A stretch of DNA of 64,000 bases from contig OY781066.1 of assembly GCA_963676395.1 (NCBI GenBank), positions 1,024,001 through 1,088,000 of the forward strand, given 5' to 3'. The notes beneath the pieces are model-generated. The model made no database searches. It had not been told where the DNA came from and saw only the letters and a program-made list of their open reading frames with translations. This document shows positions 20,554 to 30,888 of this stretch, one piece after another; position 1 is the first letter of the stretch; each line of letters begins with the position of its first letter. The position numbers and the translations under genes were made by a program. The stretch is from a bacterium (GTDB lineage: Bacteria > Fidelibacterota > Fidelibacteria > Fidelibacterales > Fidelibacteraceae).

Positions 20554-21648
20554 ATGAAACACTACTATAGTGTCATTCTCGCCGGCGGCGTTGGAAAACG
20601 CTTTTGGCCTTTGAGTAAAAAAAGTCATCCCAAACAATTATTAGATATTGTTGGTTCTAAAAGTATGATCAATTTAACGATTGATCGATTAAAAACACTA
20701 ACGCCTTTAGATCATATATTTATTATGACCAATGCAAACATGGCCAAAATGATCCTTGCACAAAACGATGAACTTAGTTATGACAACTTTATCATCGAAC
20801 CATCGGGCAAAAATACAGCACCGGCAATTGGTCTGGCGGCACACCATTTACTAAAAAAAGATAACCGTGCCATCATGGGATTATTTCCTGCTGATCATTT
20901 GATTACTGATATTGATAATTTTAATAAAACCGTTTCTTCGGCTATCAAAGCTGCCACAATACATGAATCACTATTTACTTTTGGAATAAAACCCACATAT
21001 CCTGCCACAGGATACGGTTATGTACAGGTAGATAAAGACATAGAAATAAATGTATCTCCGGGAACCAGTGACGCACAAATCTTTAAATCAAAAACTTTTG
21101 CAGAAAAACCAGATATTAACACCGCAAAACTTTTCCTGAAATCAGGAGAATTCTTCTGGAACAGTGGCATGTTTGTGTGGAAAGCTCAAACCATTATAAA
21201 TAAGATCAATAGATACCTCCCGGAAACTGGCGATATTCTTAAAGACATATCAAAGCTCATCGGCCAGAATAACTACGAGAAAGATGCAAAAAAATTGTGG
21301 AAAACGATTACACCCATATCAATTGATTATGGTGTGCTTGAACAATCTTCACGAATTAATGTTGTAAAATCTGATTTTGACTGGAATGATGTTGGTAGTT
21401 GGGACACTGTTTATAAGATAGAAGATAAAGATAAAAACAAGAATGTTTTTAGATCAAAGGGCTTAATGCTTAGATCAAGTGGAAATTATGTTTACAGTAA
21501 TGATCTGAAAATCTTTGCATTGGGTGTTAAAAATCTTGTGATCGTTGAGAGCGAAGGCGCATTGCTCATTATGCCTCGTGCTGAAGCGGAAAACATCAAA
21601 GAGATTGTTGATTCTCTGCCCGTAATTGGCGAAGAGGAATTATTATAA
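20554..21648 (+). CDS. manC: Mannose-1-phosphate guanylyltransferase
   Basis: LAGGVGKRFWPLS..PKQLL, EP.GKNTAPA, PADH, TGYGY, FAEKP, WNSGMF, WNDVGSW. Confidence 0.95.
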   Translation: MKHYYSVILAGGVGKRFWPLSKKSHPKQLLDIVGSKSMINLTIDRLKTLTPLDHIFIMTNANMAKMILAQNDELSYDNFIIEPSGKNTAPAIGLAAHHLLKKDNRAIMGLFPADHLITDIDNFNKTVSSAIKAATIHESLFTFGIKPTYPATGYGYVQVDKDIEINVSPGTSDAQIFKSKTFAEKPDINTAKLFLKSGEFFWNSGMFVWKAQTIINKINRYLPETGDILKDISKLIGQNNYEKDAKKLWKTITPISIDYGVLEQSSRINVVKSDFDWNDVGSWDTVYKIEDKDKNKNVFRSKGLMLRSSGNYVYSNDLKIFALGVKNLVIVESEGALLIMPRAEAENIKEIVDSLPVIGEEELL

Positions 21649-21899
21649 TGAAAGCAAAAACCATACTGGAACATATCACAAAATTTATGAAAGAAAATGA
21701 TTTTGATGTAGTTTTTGGGAGGGGTGCCTTTACCGGCGGACATTGTATTATAAATGAAAATCGTGTTATTGTCGTTAACAAACGTGTTCCGGCCGAAGAA
21801 CAGATTCGCGTGCTTTCAATGGTTATACATGAATTAGATATGGATTATTCAAATTTACGTAAAGAAGCTAAAGAATTTGTGGATAGGTTTGTGCAATAG
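21648..21899 (+). CDS. Small conserved hypothetical protein
   Basis: Translationally coupled to manC (TAATG). G.F.GG.C...VVNKR motif. Confidence 0.75.
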   Translation: MKAKTILEHITKFMKENDFDVVFGRGAFTGGHCIINENRVIVVNKRVPAEEQIRVLSMVIHELDMDYSNLRKEAKEFVDRFVQ

Positions 21900-21936
21900 T
21901 TTTATTCAAAACTATAATCTTGAATTTTAAAATATC

Positions 21937-21963
21937 GGGGTGCAATAAATTTGTACCCTTTTT
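21937..21963 (+). terminator. Probable intrinsic terminator
   Basis: GGGGTGCAA-taaat-TTGTACCCT-TTTT. Confidence 0.6.
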
Positions 21964-21985
21964 ATTTTATTAAAAATCCCGGATC

Positions 21986-22020
21986 AATAATAAACCGGAT
22001 GCTGCATATCCGGCCCCTAT
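21986..22020 (-). terminator. Hairpin/terminator of galE-glpQ, REP-related
   Basis: Minus strand ATAGGGG-CCGGAT-atgcagc-ATCCGG-TTTATTATT. Shares TAGGGGCCGGRTAT with the citF hairpin. Confidence 0.55.
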
Positions 22021-22063
22021 GTAATACACCCGCTTATTATATAATAGAAATTATTCTTTCGCT

Positions 22064-22771
22064 TTAAAAACCCGAACGCGCCTTCACCAGCTTCTCGGGA
22101 TAATTTGTAAAAAATCCATCTACACCGTCAACATATAAGATCTTGGCTACCTTGGGGTCATCAACCGTCCACACATAGACCTTTAATCCATAATCGTGCG
22201 CCAGGTCTATCCACTTTTTCTTAACGGTCCGTACATTATAATGAACAGCAATGGGCTGAAGCACTTTTACTCTTTTCTTTATTTTCTTAGGCCTTCTGTT
22301 GTACAAAAGCGCCGTAGATATTTCGGGACAAATTTCATGAAAGCGTTTTAATTCTTTGTAATTAAATGAGGAAATAAAAAAATTCTCTGCCTTCCATTGC
22401 CCGGTTCGTATCGCATTTTGTATAAGCATTCCGGTCGGAACGGACGTTTTCTTTGATTTCAATTCAATATTCAAATCAATATTAGCATCAAGGTGTACCA
22501 GCATTTCTTTAAGGGTAGGAATTGTTTGCCCTTTGCCCGCATCTAATTTTTTCAAACCGGCTAATTTCCGCTTTTTAATTTTACCTTTAGCGCCCGTTAT
22601 CCGCTTCAATTTGCTATCATGAAATACCATAATTTCACCGGATTTACAAATTTGGACATCACATTCAATTGCATCCGCCTTTTCTTCAACAGCCTTGCTA
22701 AAAGCCACTAAAGTGTTTTCCGGTTCGCTACCTGAAGCTCCACGATGTGCAATAATTGGGATTTTATGCAT
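22064..22771 (-). CDS. Glycerophosphodiester phosphodiesterase (UgpQ/GlpQ family)
   Basis: IAHRGAS..PENT, IECDV, FHD, NIELK, VWTVD, FTNYP. Confidence 0.95.
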   Translation of the reverse strand: MHKIPIIAHRGASGSEPENTLVAFSKAVEEKADAIECDVQICKSGEIMVFHDSKLKRITGAKGKIKKRKLAGLKKLDAGKGQTIPTLKEMLVHLDANIDLNIELKSKKTSVPTGMLIQNAIRTGQWKAENFFISSFNYKELKRFHEICPEISTALLYNRRPKKIKKRVKVLQPIAVHYNVRTVKKKWIDLAHDYGLKVYVWTVDDPKVAKILYVDGVDGFFTNYPEKLVKARSGF

Positions 22772-23777
22772 AACCGTTCGGGTTTTTACTTTGCCAGTTC
22801 CATGAATGCTTTACCATATCTTCGAGATTATAACTCGCCTCCCATTTTAGCATTTTTTTTGCTTTGCTAACGTCTGCATATGAACTTGCAATATCTCCGG
22901 GACGTCTTTCAATCAATTTATATGGTATTTTTATGTTATTTACTCTCTCAAAAGCATGCACAACTTCCAATACGGAATTCCCTTTGCCGGTACCCAAATT
23001 ATAGATCGCAGGAGCACAAGATTCCTTGGGACCTTGTAATGCCTTAACATGTCCATCGGCAAGATCCATAACATGGATATAATCCCTGACTCCCGTACCA
23101 TCCGGTGTAGGATAATCATGTCCAAAAATCTTTAATTCTTTAAGTTTTCCAACCGCAACCTGAGCAATAAAAGGCATTAAGTTATTGGGGATGCCATTGG
23201 GATCTTCTCCAATCATACCACTTGGATGAGCGCCCACAGGATTAAAATACCTTAACAGAGTAACACTCCATTGCGGGTCAGCAACTTTAATATCCGTTAA
23301 TATTTTTTCAATAAATAATTTTGTTCTGCCGTAAGGATTTATTGCCGAGGTGGGATAATCTTCAACAAAGGGCACATCTTCATTCATGCCATATACTGTG
23401 GCAGATGAAGAAAATACAATATTTTTAACACCGGCCTCAAACATTGTTTCACACAACACTAAGGTACCGTTAATATTATTACTATAGTACATCATAGGTT
23501 TAGCGACCGATTCACCAACCGCTTTATAACCGGCAAAATGAATGACCGCATCAATCTTATTCTCATAAAAGATTCTTCGCATTGCTTCTTTATCACAAAC
23601 ATCATTCATATAAAACTTAACGTGTTTTCCAGAGATCTCATTTATGCGCTTAACAGCCATTTCCTTACTGTTGGTCAAATTATCTACAATAATAACATCA
23701 TATCCGACTGCCAGCAGTTGGGTGCAAGTATGGGATCCGATATATCCGGCCCCTCCGGTTACAAGTATGGTTTTCAC
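22764..23777 (-). CDS. galE: UDP-glucose 4-epimerase
   Basis: TGGAGYIGSHT, FAGYKAVGES, SSSATVYG, YGRTK, LRYFNPVGAH, DGTGVRDYIHV. Confidence 0.97.
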   Translation of the reverse strand: MKTILVTGGAGYIGSHTCTQLLAVGYDVIIVDNLTNSKEMAVKRINEISGKHVKFYMNDVCDKEAMRRIFYENKIDAVIHFAGYKAVGESVAKPMMYYSNNINGTLVLCETMFEAGVKNIVFSSSATVYGMNEDVPFVEDYPTSAINPYGRTKLFIEKILTDIKVADPQWSVTLLRYFNPVGAHPSGMIGEDPNGIPNNLMPFIAQVAVGKLKELKIFGHDYPTPDGTGVRDYIHVMDLADGHVKALQGPKESCAPAIYNLGTGKGNSVLEVVHAFERVNNIKIPYKLIERRPGDIASSYADVSKAKKMLKWEASYNLEDMVKHSWNWQSKNPNGYA

Positions 23778-23990
23778 GCTGTCTCCTTAAATGTGGAATA
23801 AAATATTATTTTCAATCTTGATTTCCAAGATTTTACAAGCTTTATTTAAATCATTACATGTCGTATTCTACAACTTTGGAATTTTTTTACATGATTTTCT
23901 TAGCTGTGCCTAAATAAGTACTATAATAGAAAGCCAAAAAACAATAAACCTAAACACTGAAACTATCTTTAATGTTATTTATTGTTCAAA

Positions 23991-24012
23991 AAATGTGACC
24001 TGCATCACACTT
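23991..24012 (+). promoter_or_regulatory. CRP/FNR-family-type binding site upstream of comM
   Basis: AAA-TGTGA-CCTGCA-TCACA-CTT, close to the E. coli CRP consensus AAATGTGA-N6-TCACATTT. Confidence 0.75.
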
Positions 24013-24061
24013 TAAAATCTGCTATTTTTTTAGCAGTATTTTTATAGTATTTTTTGTTGGG

Positions 24062-25603
24062 ATGAAAACAATTACGCAATGCTTTTCTGCGGCTTTACAC
24101 GGGATCAAAGCCTACGAGGTCACGATTGAGACTCGCCTAGACCGATCTACACCCAAATATTTTATTGTCGGATTAGCCGAAAAAGCTGTTAAAGAGAGCT
24201 TCTCAAGAATGCTTTCTGCCATAAAATCCAGTAATTATCGAATGCCGGGGTGTAAAATCACTCAAAACCTGGCTCCCGCCGATATACCTAAAGTCGGAAC
24301 GGGGTTTGATCTTTCTTTGGCTCTCGGACTTCTAGCCGGTGGTGAGATAGTTGATGATGAACGCTTGCAAGATTTTATCTGTATTGGTGAGTTAGCCTTA
24401 GATGGTACAATCAGACCTTCAAAAGGCATCCTCCCCATCGCTATAGGTATGAAAGATTTCAATCAAAAAAATTTGATTGTACCCAAAGTCAATGCCCGAG
24501 AAGCTGCAATGCCGGGTTTTTGCACCGTTTGGGGAGCAGAGACGCTCACCGATGCGGTAAATATTATTAATGGTCAAACCGATATTAAACCTGAATCCGT
24601 GGATATTAAAAGCTTCTTTAGAGGGGGCGAAAACCATCAGGTAGACTTCAGTGAAGTCAAGGGACAAGCGCATGTAAAACGCGCTCTGGAAGTCGCTGCG
24701 GCCGGTGGTCATAATATTGTACTCATCGGCCCTCCCGGCTCCGGTAAATCAATGCTTGCAAAGCGATTCCCAACCATACTTCCCGACCTTACTTTGCAAG
24801 AAGCGATGGAAACAACTGCGATCTACTCCGTAGCAGAAGACATTTCGGAAACCAGCCTGATTACCCGAAGACCGTTTCGATCACCACATCATACCGTATC
24901 AGATTCAGCACTGGTGGGTGGTGGCAGAATACCACGTCCGGGAGAAGTAAGTCTTGCCCATAATGGCGTGCTCTTTCTTGATGAATTCCCGGAATTTAAA
25001 AAGAATGTGCTCGAGGTTCTTCGACAACCATTGGAAGATGGGCAAGTTACCATCAGTAGAGCTTTAACCTCCCTGACGTATCCCGCATCATTTATGCTGG
25101 TTGCGGCCATGAATCCCTGTCCCTGCGGTTATGCCAGCGACCCGGATCATGATTGCTCGTGCAGTATCGGTCAAATACACAATTATCTTGCCAGAATTTC
25201 CGGACCATTGTTAGATAGAATAGATCTCCATGTAAATGTACCGCCCGTCAGTTATGAAGAGATCAGTAATAGAGAAGATAGCGAAAAATCGGCTTCTATA
25301 AGGCAAAGAGTGTCAACAGCAAGAGACATTCAAACACAACGATTCAAAAACTATAAGCGAGTGCATTGTAATGCTCAAATGGCAGCAAGAGATATAAAAA
25401 AGTATTGCGAATTGAATGCCGAGTGCAGAGATTTGTTAAAGGTGGCAATTATACGTTTAGGCCTCAGTGCTCGTGCTTACACTCGAATCCTGAAAGTGGC
25501 TCGCACCATAGCAGATCTTGAAGGAATAGAAAATATAAATGCTTCGCACATTTCAGAAGCAATCCATTATAGGAATTTAGACCGACACGAAGGATTGTAT
25601 TAA
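24062..25603 (+). CDS. comM: ComM/YifB Mg-chelatase-like AAA+ ATPase
   Basis: N-terminal Lon-like domain (NLAPAD..K.G..FDL), [47 protein letters not shown]. Confidence 0.95.
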   Translation: MKTITQCFSAALHGIKAYEVTIETRLDRSTPKYFIVGLAEKAVKESFSRMLSAIKSSNYRMPGCKITQNLAPADIPKVGTGFDLSLALGLLAGGEIVDDERLQDFICIGELALDGTIRPSKGILPIAIGMKDFNQKNLIVPKVNAREAAMPGFCTVWGAETLTDAVNIINGQTDIKPESVDIKSFFRGGENHQVDFSEVKGQAHVKRALEVAAAGGHNIVLIGPPGSGKSMLAKRFPTILPDLTLQEAMETTAIYSVAEDISETSLITRRPFRSPHHTVSDSALVGGGRIPRPGEVSLAHNGVLFLDEFPEFKKNVLEVLRQPLEDGQVTISRALTSLTYPASFMLVAAMNPCPCGYASDPDHDCSCSIGQIHNYLARISGPLLDRIDLHVNVPPVSYEEISNREDSEKSASIRQRVSTARDIQTQRFKNYKRVHCNAQMAARDIKKYCELNAECRDLLKVAIIRLGLSARAYTRILKVARTIADLEGIENINASHISEAIHYRNLDRHEGLY

Positions 25604-25673
25604 TACATCATTTCCTACCATGTCTAGCCTTAACAAATGAAGAAAAGTTGACAATTAAATTAAGGCTTAAAAT

Positions 25674-25704
25674 AAAAAAGGGTGGTCAACCGACACACCC
25701 TTTT
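25674..25704. terminator. Bidirectional terminator between convergent genes
   Basis: AAAAAAGGGTG-GTC-aacc-GAC-a-CACCCTTTT. Confidence 0.75.
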
Positions 25705-25721
25705 ATAATAACCAGACAAAA

Positions 25722-26582
25722 TTAATAAATCGATAAGCCCATAGTAAAACTTGAGGTTGCCAAGTAATTCTCGCCATAACGCTGATTACTTTCACTCCAA
25801 TTTCTATCAGGATATTGCGATTCACCTTTTGAAGTGCCTCCAAGAAATCTCAGATTGGCAAAAACATCCAAACCGGGAATAAGTGTATATCCTGCCCTTA
25901 AAGACGCATCAAGCAGTGAGCCTTCAAACGCAAAACTTGCTCCATTAATGATAGCGGATGATGCATATAATCCGGTCACATCAAAACCAAGAAATGCTCC
26001 CTTTTTAAAATTGTATCGACCACTGACATGTAATGAAGGTACGGGACCCACATTGTTGGCAACTGTCATTTTTTCACCATCTAATGCCTTAAATACTATA
26101 TTGGCATTACGAGCCTGTAATGCAACGCCGGCCGCAATATTTAACCTTTCATTATTCACAAAAGCGTAAGAATAAGTAACCCTGTAAAAAGGGAAACCAT
26201 ACTTAAGTTCCATAGGTGTTCCCGCTGTAAAGGTTATACTATCCATCATAACATCTTCTTTAAATGTTACGTTGCTAATAATTGTCAAAGGTTGATATAG
26301 CAGAGATACCTTATGTTTTTTATTAATTTCCACATTTGCATTGTAGCGATCAAATGGAAACAAAATATCCTGTCCACCTTGTTTTACAAAATCAAAACGT
26401 GTGGCTCCTTCTTCTGTTCTACCTGTTTGAAAGGTGTGGCTTAACACACCAAGCAGACCCGTTTCTATATCAAAAGATATTGTCACATTCTTGTCTGAGT
26501 TATTAATCAATGTCTTTTCAGATGCCATGCCAAATGAAAAGATCAGAACCAAACTCAAAAATATTTTAACAAAATTCTTCAT
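25722..26582 (-). CDS. Hypothetical exported protein, probable outer-membrane beta-barrel (paralog B)
   Basis: Signal peptide, amphipathic beta strands, C-terminal ...GLSIY. Confidence 0.75.
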   Translation of the reverse strand: MKNFVKIFLSLVLIFSFGMASEKTLINNSDKNVTISFDIETGLLGVLSHTFQTGRTEEGATRFDFVKQGGQDILFPFDRYNANVEINKKHKVSLLYQPLTIISNVTFKEDVMMDSITFTAGTPMELKYGFPFYRVTYSYAFVNNERLNIAAGVALQARNANIVFKALDGEKMTVANNVGPVPSLHVSGRYNFKKGAFLGFDVTGLYASSAIINGASFAFEGSLLDASLRAGYTLIPGLDVFANLRFLGGTSKGESQYPDRNWSESNQRYGENYLATSSFTMGLSIY

Positions 26583-26597
26583 ATTATCCTCCGTTCA

Positions 26598-27455
26598 TTA
26601 ATATATGCTTATACCGATAGTAAAGGATGATGTAGATAATACATTTGATGTATAAGATTCTGTAGCTTCGGTCCAAGTCCGTTCAATATATTCCGAATCA
26701 CCTTTCGCAGTACCTCCAAGAAATCTTAGATTTGCAAATACATCTAAGCCTTTACGCAAAGGATAGCCTACTCTGAAAGAAGCATCCAAGATTGATCCTT
26801 CAAAAGAGAATGTTGCACCATTAATAAGCGCCGATGATGCGTATAAACCGGTAGCATCAAGACTTAGATATAAACCATTATCAAAGTCATATCGCCCAAA
26901 TAGGTTGATTGCCGGAACGGGACCAACATTCTGACTGACCTCCATTTGATCGCCGGAAACTTCTTTAAATACAATGGATGCGTTTCTTGCTTGCAAAGCC
27001 AAACCGGCGGCCAATTCGAGATTTTCATTATTTAAAAATAAATATGAATATGTAAACCTGTAAAATGGAAATCCATATTTAATCTCCATCGGCGTGCCAT
27101 CAGCAAAAACCGTTCCATCAATCTGTACATCATCTTTAAAGGTAACATTGCTTATGATCTCAAGAGGTTGATATAAGAAAGACAATTTATGCTTATCGTT
27201 TATTTTCAATCCTGCTACATAGCGATCAAAAGGATATAAGTTATCCTGACCGCCTTGAGTAACAAAATCAAAAGAAGTTGCCCCATCAACTGTACTACCA
27301 GATTGGTAAGTATGTGCTAAAACACCAACTAAACCCGTTTCAACTTCAAAGTTGAATTTCACCTTTGAACCGGAGGTGTTGATCAATGAGTTTTCTGCAA
27401 AGAGGGGAAAGGTTAACAGTGAGAGAGCCATACCAAGAATGATTAATCGTTTCAT
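26598..27455 (-). CDS. Hypothetical exported protein, probable outer-membrane beta-barrel (paralog A)
   Basis: SD AGGAG before MKRLIILG, signal peptide. Colinear with paralog B and ends ...GISIY. Confidence 0.75.
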   Translation of the reverse strand: MKRLIILGMALSLLTFPLFAENSLINTSGSKVKFNFEVETGLVGVLAHTYQSGSTVDGATSFDFVTQGGQDNLYPFDRYVAGLKINDKHKLSFLYQPLEIISNVTFKDDVQIDGTVFADGTPMEIKYGFPFYRFTYSYLFLNNENLELAAGLALQARNASIVFKEVSGDQMEVSQNVGPVPAINLFGRYDFDNGLYLSLDATGLYASSALINGATFSFEGSILDASFRVGYPLRKGLDVFANLRFLGGTAKGDSEYIERTWTEATESYTSNVLSTSSFTIGISIY

Positions 27456-27694
27456 ACTTCGCTCCTTTTTTAATGTATTGTTATAATTAACAATCACTTA
27501 TAAAGAATATTTTTCCACTCGTGTTCCCGAATAATAACAATATACACTATTTTGTTAATTTAATGTTATTATTTTTACCAAAGTGACTGATATTCATTTT
27601 ATTGAGTTTTCCCGCATTCACCAAAATTGTTGTCATTGAGTAGATCAACAAGTATATTGAAGTATAAAAAATATAGTTATTCCAGGAAGTCAAC

Positions 27695-28543
27695 ATGAAG
27701 TATCTCATTAGCTTATTATCACTCTTTTTTCTTACATCCTGTTCGCCGGAATATAAACCTGAAAAAGACCTCTCCTTATATGAGTTAAAAAGCAAAGTCA
27801 ACCATGTCAGCATCTATCACTTCAAAGCCTATGAAGAAAACAGCGAAATAAAAAAAGGCAAGAAAGATCTTAGCGGAGAGCAAGATAAAACTATTTCCTT
27901 TAACAAAAAGGGATTTATTACGCAAATTTACTTTTACGGACAAAGTGACAGTTTAGATACCAAAGTAATTCGAGAGCTTGACGACAAAGGAAATTGTTTA
28001 AAAGAATTAAAATATAATGCCAACGAACAACTCATCGGCGAATGGAATATGACATATGATGAACGTGGTCGTAAAATCCAAAAAGGACGACTTTTAAATA
28101 ACGGTAATATATTCAATTATGCTTTCTTTCATTATGACGATAAAAACAGATTGATCTCAAGAAAAGATTTTTTATATCTGGATTCTCAGCTATATGATTC
28201 TCTTGTATGGACCTATGATAAACGGGATCGTCAAGTCACAGAAGAAAGGTATGGATACCGTGGTAAAACAAGCATGACGAAATTATCATATATCGGTCAA
28301 AGCGAATTAGCAGATTCATTATTTCTATATGACAATAAGGGGGATCTTGCAAATATTATTTTGATAGAATACAATAAACAGGGGCACATGACTAAAGCTA
28401 TTCAATATAATGCCGACACCATCCTTATCGCCAACGTAGAAATCGATTACAAATACGACTCTAAAAAGAACTGGATTAAAAAAACTCAATTCTTTAATCA
28501 GAAAGCTCAACAAATCATTGAACGCAAAATTATTTATTATTAA
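27695..28543 (+). CDS. Hypothetical lipoprotein with YD/RHS-like repeats
   Basis: Lipobox LTS-C. Repeated Y-D-x-x-G/N/D units and C-terminal YKYD..NW.KK...IERKI.YY. Confidence 0.75.
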   Translation: MKYLISLLSLFFLTSCSPEYKPEKDLSLYELKSKVNHVSIYHFKAYEENSEIKKGKKDLSGEQDKTISFNKKGFITQIYFYGQSDSLDTKVIRELDDKGNCLKELKYNANEQLIGEWNMTYDERGRKIQKGRLLNNGNIFNYAFFHYDDKNRLISRKDFLYLDSQLYDSLVWTYDKRDRQVTEERYGYRGKTSMTKLSYIGQSELADSLFLYDNKGDLANIILIEYNKQGHMTKAIQYNADTILIANVEIDYKYDSKKNWIKKTQFFNQKAQQIIERKIIYY

Positions 28544-28558
28544 AGCAAAGGAGATAAA

Positions 28559-28768
28559 ATGAACTCAAAATTATTAAAGATCATTAATCCATTAATGGGT
28601 CTTGCCTTATTTACTGTAATCGTGGTTTTAGCGATCATGAAATTCGGTGAAGTCAGCAAAACACTCGTAGAGATACATGAAATTGCAGGTTACTCATTTA
28701 TTGCCTTAATCCTCATCCATATTTTTCTTAATAGAAAATGGTACAAATCTCTTTTTAAGAAAAAATAA
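28559..28768 (+). CDS. Small two-helix membrane protein (DUF4405-like)
   Basis: SD AAGGAG. IH...G..F..L..IH..LN..W motif. Confidence 0.7.
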   Translation: MNSKLLKIINPLMGLALFTVIVVLAIMKFGEVSKTLVEIHEIAGYSFIALILIHIFLNRKWYKSLFKKK

Positions 28769-28833
28769 AATGTTTTCGGGAACTCCAAACTAAAATCCGC
28801 TTATACAGCTGATACACAAAGGAGGAGTACGTC

Positions 28834-29874
28834 ATGAAGAAGATAGCATTTTTTGATACCAAACCTTATGACAAGCGTTCATTCGAAGAAGTAAATAAAA
28901 ACTTTGGATTTGAAATTAAATATTTCAAGGCGCATTTGCGCGAAGAAACACTTGAATTAACAAAAGGCTTCGATGTCGTATGCGCTTTTGTAAATGATGA
29001 GATCACTGAACCGGTTTTGAATTATCTAAAAAATCATGGAATTGAGCTCATTGCTATGCGCTGTGCGGGTTATAATAACGTCGACCTAAAGGCGGCATAC
29101 AATAATGTTCATGTCATGCGTGTACCTTCCTACTCTCCATATTCTGTAGCTGAACATGCGGCAGCTTTAATTTTGGCATTAAACCGAAAAACACATCGAG
29201 CCTTCTATCGAACCAGAGATAACAACTTTTCAATTGACGGATTAATGGGATTTGATCTTTATCAAAAAACAGCCGGCGTTATTGGAACGGGCAAAATTGG
29301 TCGTATTATGATTGACATTCTTAATGGTTTTGGCATGAAGGTGTTGGCTTATGATCTATACCCCAACGAAGACCATGCAAAAAAACACAATTTTGAATTC
29401 ACAAACCTTGATACCTTATACAAAGAATCAGATGTCATCTCCCTACATTGTCCATTAACACCGGAAACCCATTATTTGATCAACGACGATGCTATTAAGC
29501 AAATGAAAGACGGGGTCCTACTTATTAATACCGGGCGCGGACAACTTATCAATACTAAATCATTGATACATGGCCTTAAATCAGGAAAGATTGGCGGTGC
29601 CGGTCTTGATGTGTATGAAGAAGAAGCCGATTACTTTTTTGAAGATTTTTCTTCTTCAACGATCTCAGATGACATTCTTGCAAGATTAATGACATTCCCA
29701 AACGTTCTCATCACTTCTCATCAGGGATTTTTTACCAAAGAAGCACTGCATAATATCGCAGAAACAAGCCTTCAAAACATCAAAGACTTCTTTGAAGATA
29801 AACCCCTCCATAATGAAATTTGCTACAAACGAGATGGAAATTGTGTAAAACCCGGAAAAAACCGCTGTTTTTAA
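28834..29874 (+). CDS. ldhA: D-lactate dehydrogenase (D-2-hydroxyacid dehydrogenase)
   Basis: MRCAGYNNVD, PSYSP.SVAEHA, GTGKIG, SLHCPL, INTGRG, LDVYEEE, TSHQGF. Confidence 0.9.
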   Translation: MKKIAFFDTKPYDKRSFEEVNKNFGFEIKYFKAHLREETLELTKGFDVVCAFVNDEITEPVLNYLKNHGIELIAMRCAGYNNVDLKAAYNNVHVMRVPSYSPYSVAEHAAALILALNRKTHRAFYRTRDNNFSIDGLMGFDLYQKTAGVIGTGKIGRIMIDILNGFGMKVLAYDLYPNEDHAKKHNFEFTNLDTLYKESDVISLHCPLTPETHYLINDDAIKQMKDGVLLINTGRGQLINTKSLIHGLKSGKIGGAGLDVYEEEADYFFEDFSSSTISDDILARLMTFPNVLITSHQGFFTKEALHNIAETSLQNIKDFFEDKPLHNEICYKRDGNCVKPGKNRCF

Positions 29875-30101
29875 GTCAGAAAACACTTCTCCATTATAGA
29901 ATCTAAAACAGTAATCGAAATTCAATATTCGAAATTAACTGAGAAGGTTGAACATTTTTCTGCGAAAATGCTATGTAAAGACAGGTATCCCATCACCGCT
30001 TATGACTTTTTTCCTAAATTTCCAACACTCTCCTCTTTGCTAATGCCGTAGAAAAGCAGACAATTTATAATTCGTAATTATTTTTTTCTTAAAATTGTTT
30101 C

Positions 30102-30130
30102 TTGTCTCTTGACATTGTAAGTAGTATTTT
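30102..30130 (+). promoter_or_regulatory. Sigma70-type promoter of the P-loop protein/membrane protein pair
   Basis: TTGTCT-17 nt-TATTTT, with SD AGGAG downstream. Confidence 0.5.
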
Positions 30131-30158
30131 ACTGTTTAGAATTTTTTAGGAGTAAATT

Positions 30159-30878
30159 ATGAACAAGCATTTTGAGATTATTATTCTCATGGGACGCCCC
30201 GCAGCGGGAAAATCAGAAGTAATTGATTATTTAAAGAAAACACCGGTTAATGAACGCCTGGATCGCTTTCATGTTAACAATTTTGAGGAAATTGATGATT
30301 TCCCAATGTTGTGGACTTGGTTTGAAGAAGATGCCATTCTTGAAAAGATCATGAACAAACCTCGTGTCCATTCCGATTCAGATGGTTATTTTCTACACGA
30401 CTATCAATGGAATCTTTTGATCGAGCGAATTTCTTTTGAATATCAAAAGAAATTACGTGACGAAGAATATGCAGAAAACACAACAACTATTCTTGAATTC
30501 AGCCGTGGCTCTGAACATGGCGGCTATGAATCAGCTTTCCAATCTTTGTCTGAAGACATTCTTAAAAAAGCATGTATCCTTTACATAGACGTTCCCTATG
30601 AAGAATCACTTCGTAAAAATCGTCGTCGTTTTAACCCTGATCGCCCCGATTCAATTTTGGAACACGGTTTACCCGATGAAAAAGTTGAACGACTTTACAA
30701 AGAGATAGACTGGGAAACATTTAAAGGTGATGATCCCGAATTTATCCATTTTGGTGACCACAAAGTTCCCTATGTTGTTTTAAATAACATGCCGGAAGTA
30801 ACGATCTATCCAGAAAAACTAGGTCCTGCTCTCGAAGAACTGTTTACTAAACTTTGGGATATTAAAAACAAAAAATAA
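30159..30878 (+). CDS. Uncharacterised P-loop NTPase, nucleoside/nucleotide kinase-like
   Basis: Walker A GRPAAGKS after a hydrophobic strand, ILEFSRG, and lid-like ILYIDV..EES.RKNRRR. Confidence 0.75.
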   Translation: MNKHFEIIILMGRPAAGKSEVIDYLKKTPVNERLDRFHVNNFEEIDDFPMLWTWFEEDAILEKIMNKPRVHSDSDGYFLHDYQWNLLIERISFEYQKKLRDEEYAENTTTILEFSRGSEHGGYESAFQSLSEDILKKACILYIDVPYEESLRKNRRRFNPDRPDSILEHGLPDEKVERLYKEIDWETFKGDDPEFIHFGDHKVPYVVLNNMPEVTIYPEKLGPALEELFTKLWDIKNKK

Positions 30879-30888
30879 CGAGGTAATT

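Noticed and set aside
29875..30100. Possible riboswitch, sRNA or pseudogene in the long ldhA downstream spacer
   Set aside because: No recognisable aptamer motif or stable structure, and the translations I tried are stop-ridden and match nothing I recognise.
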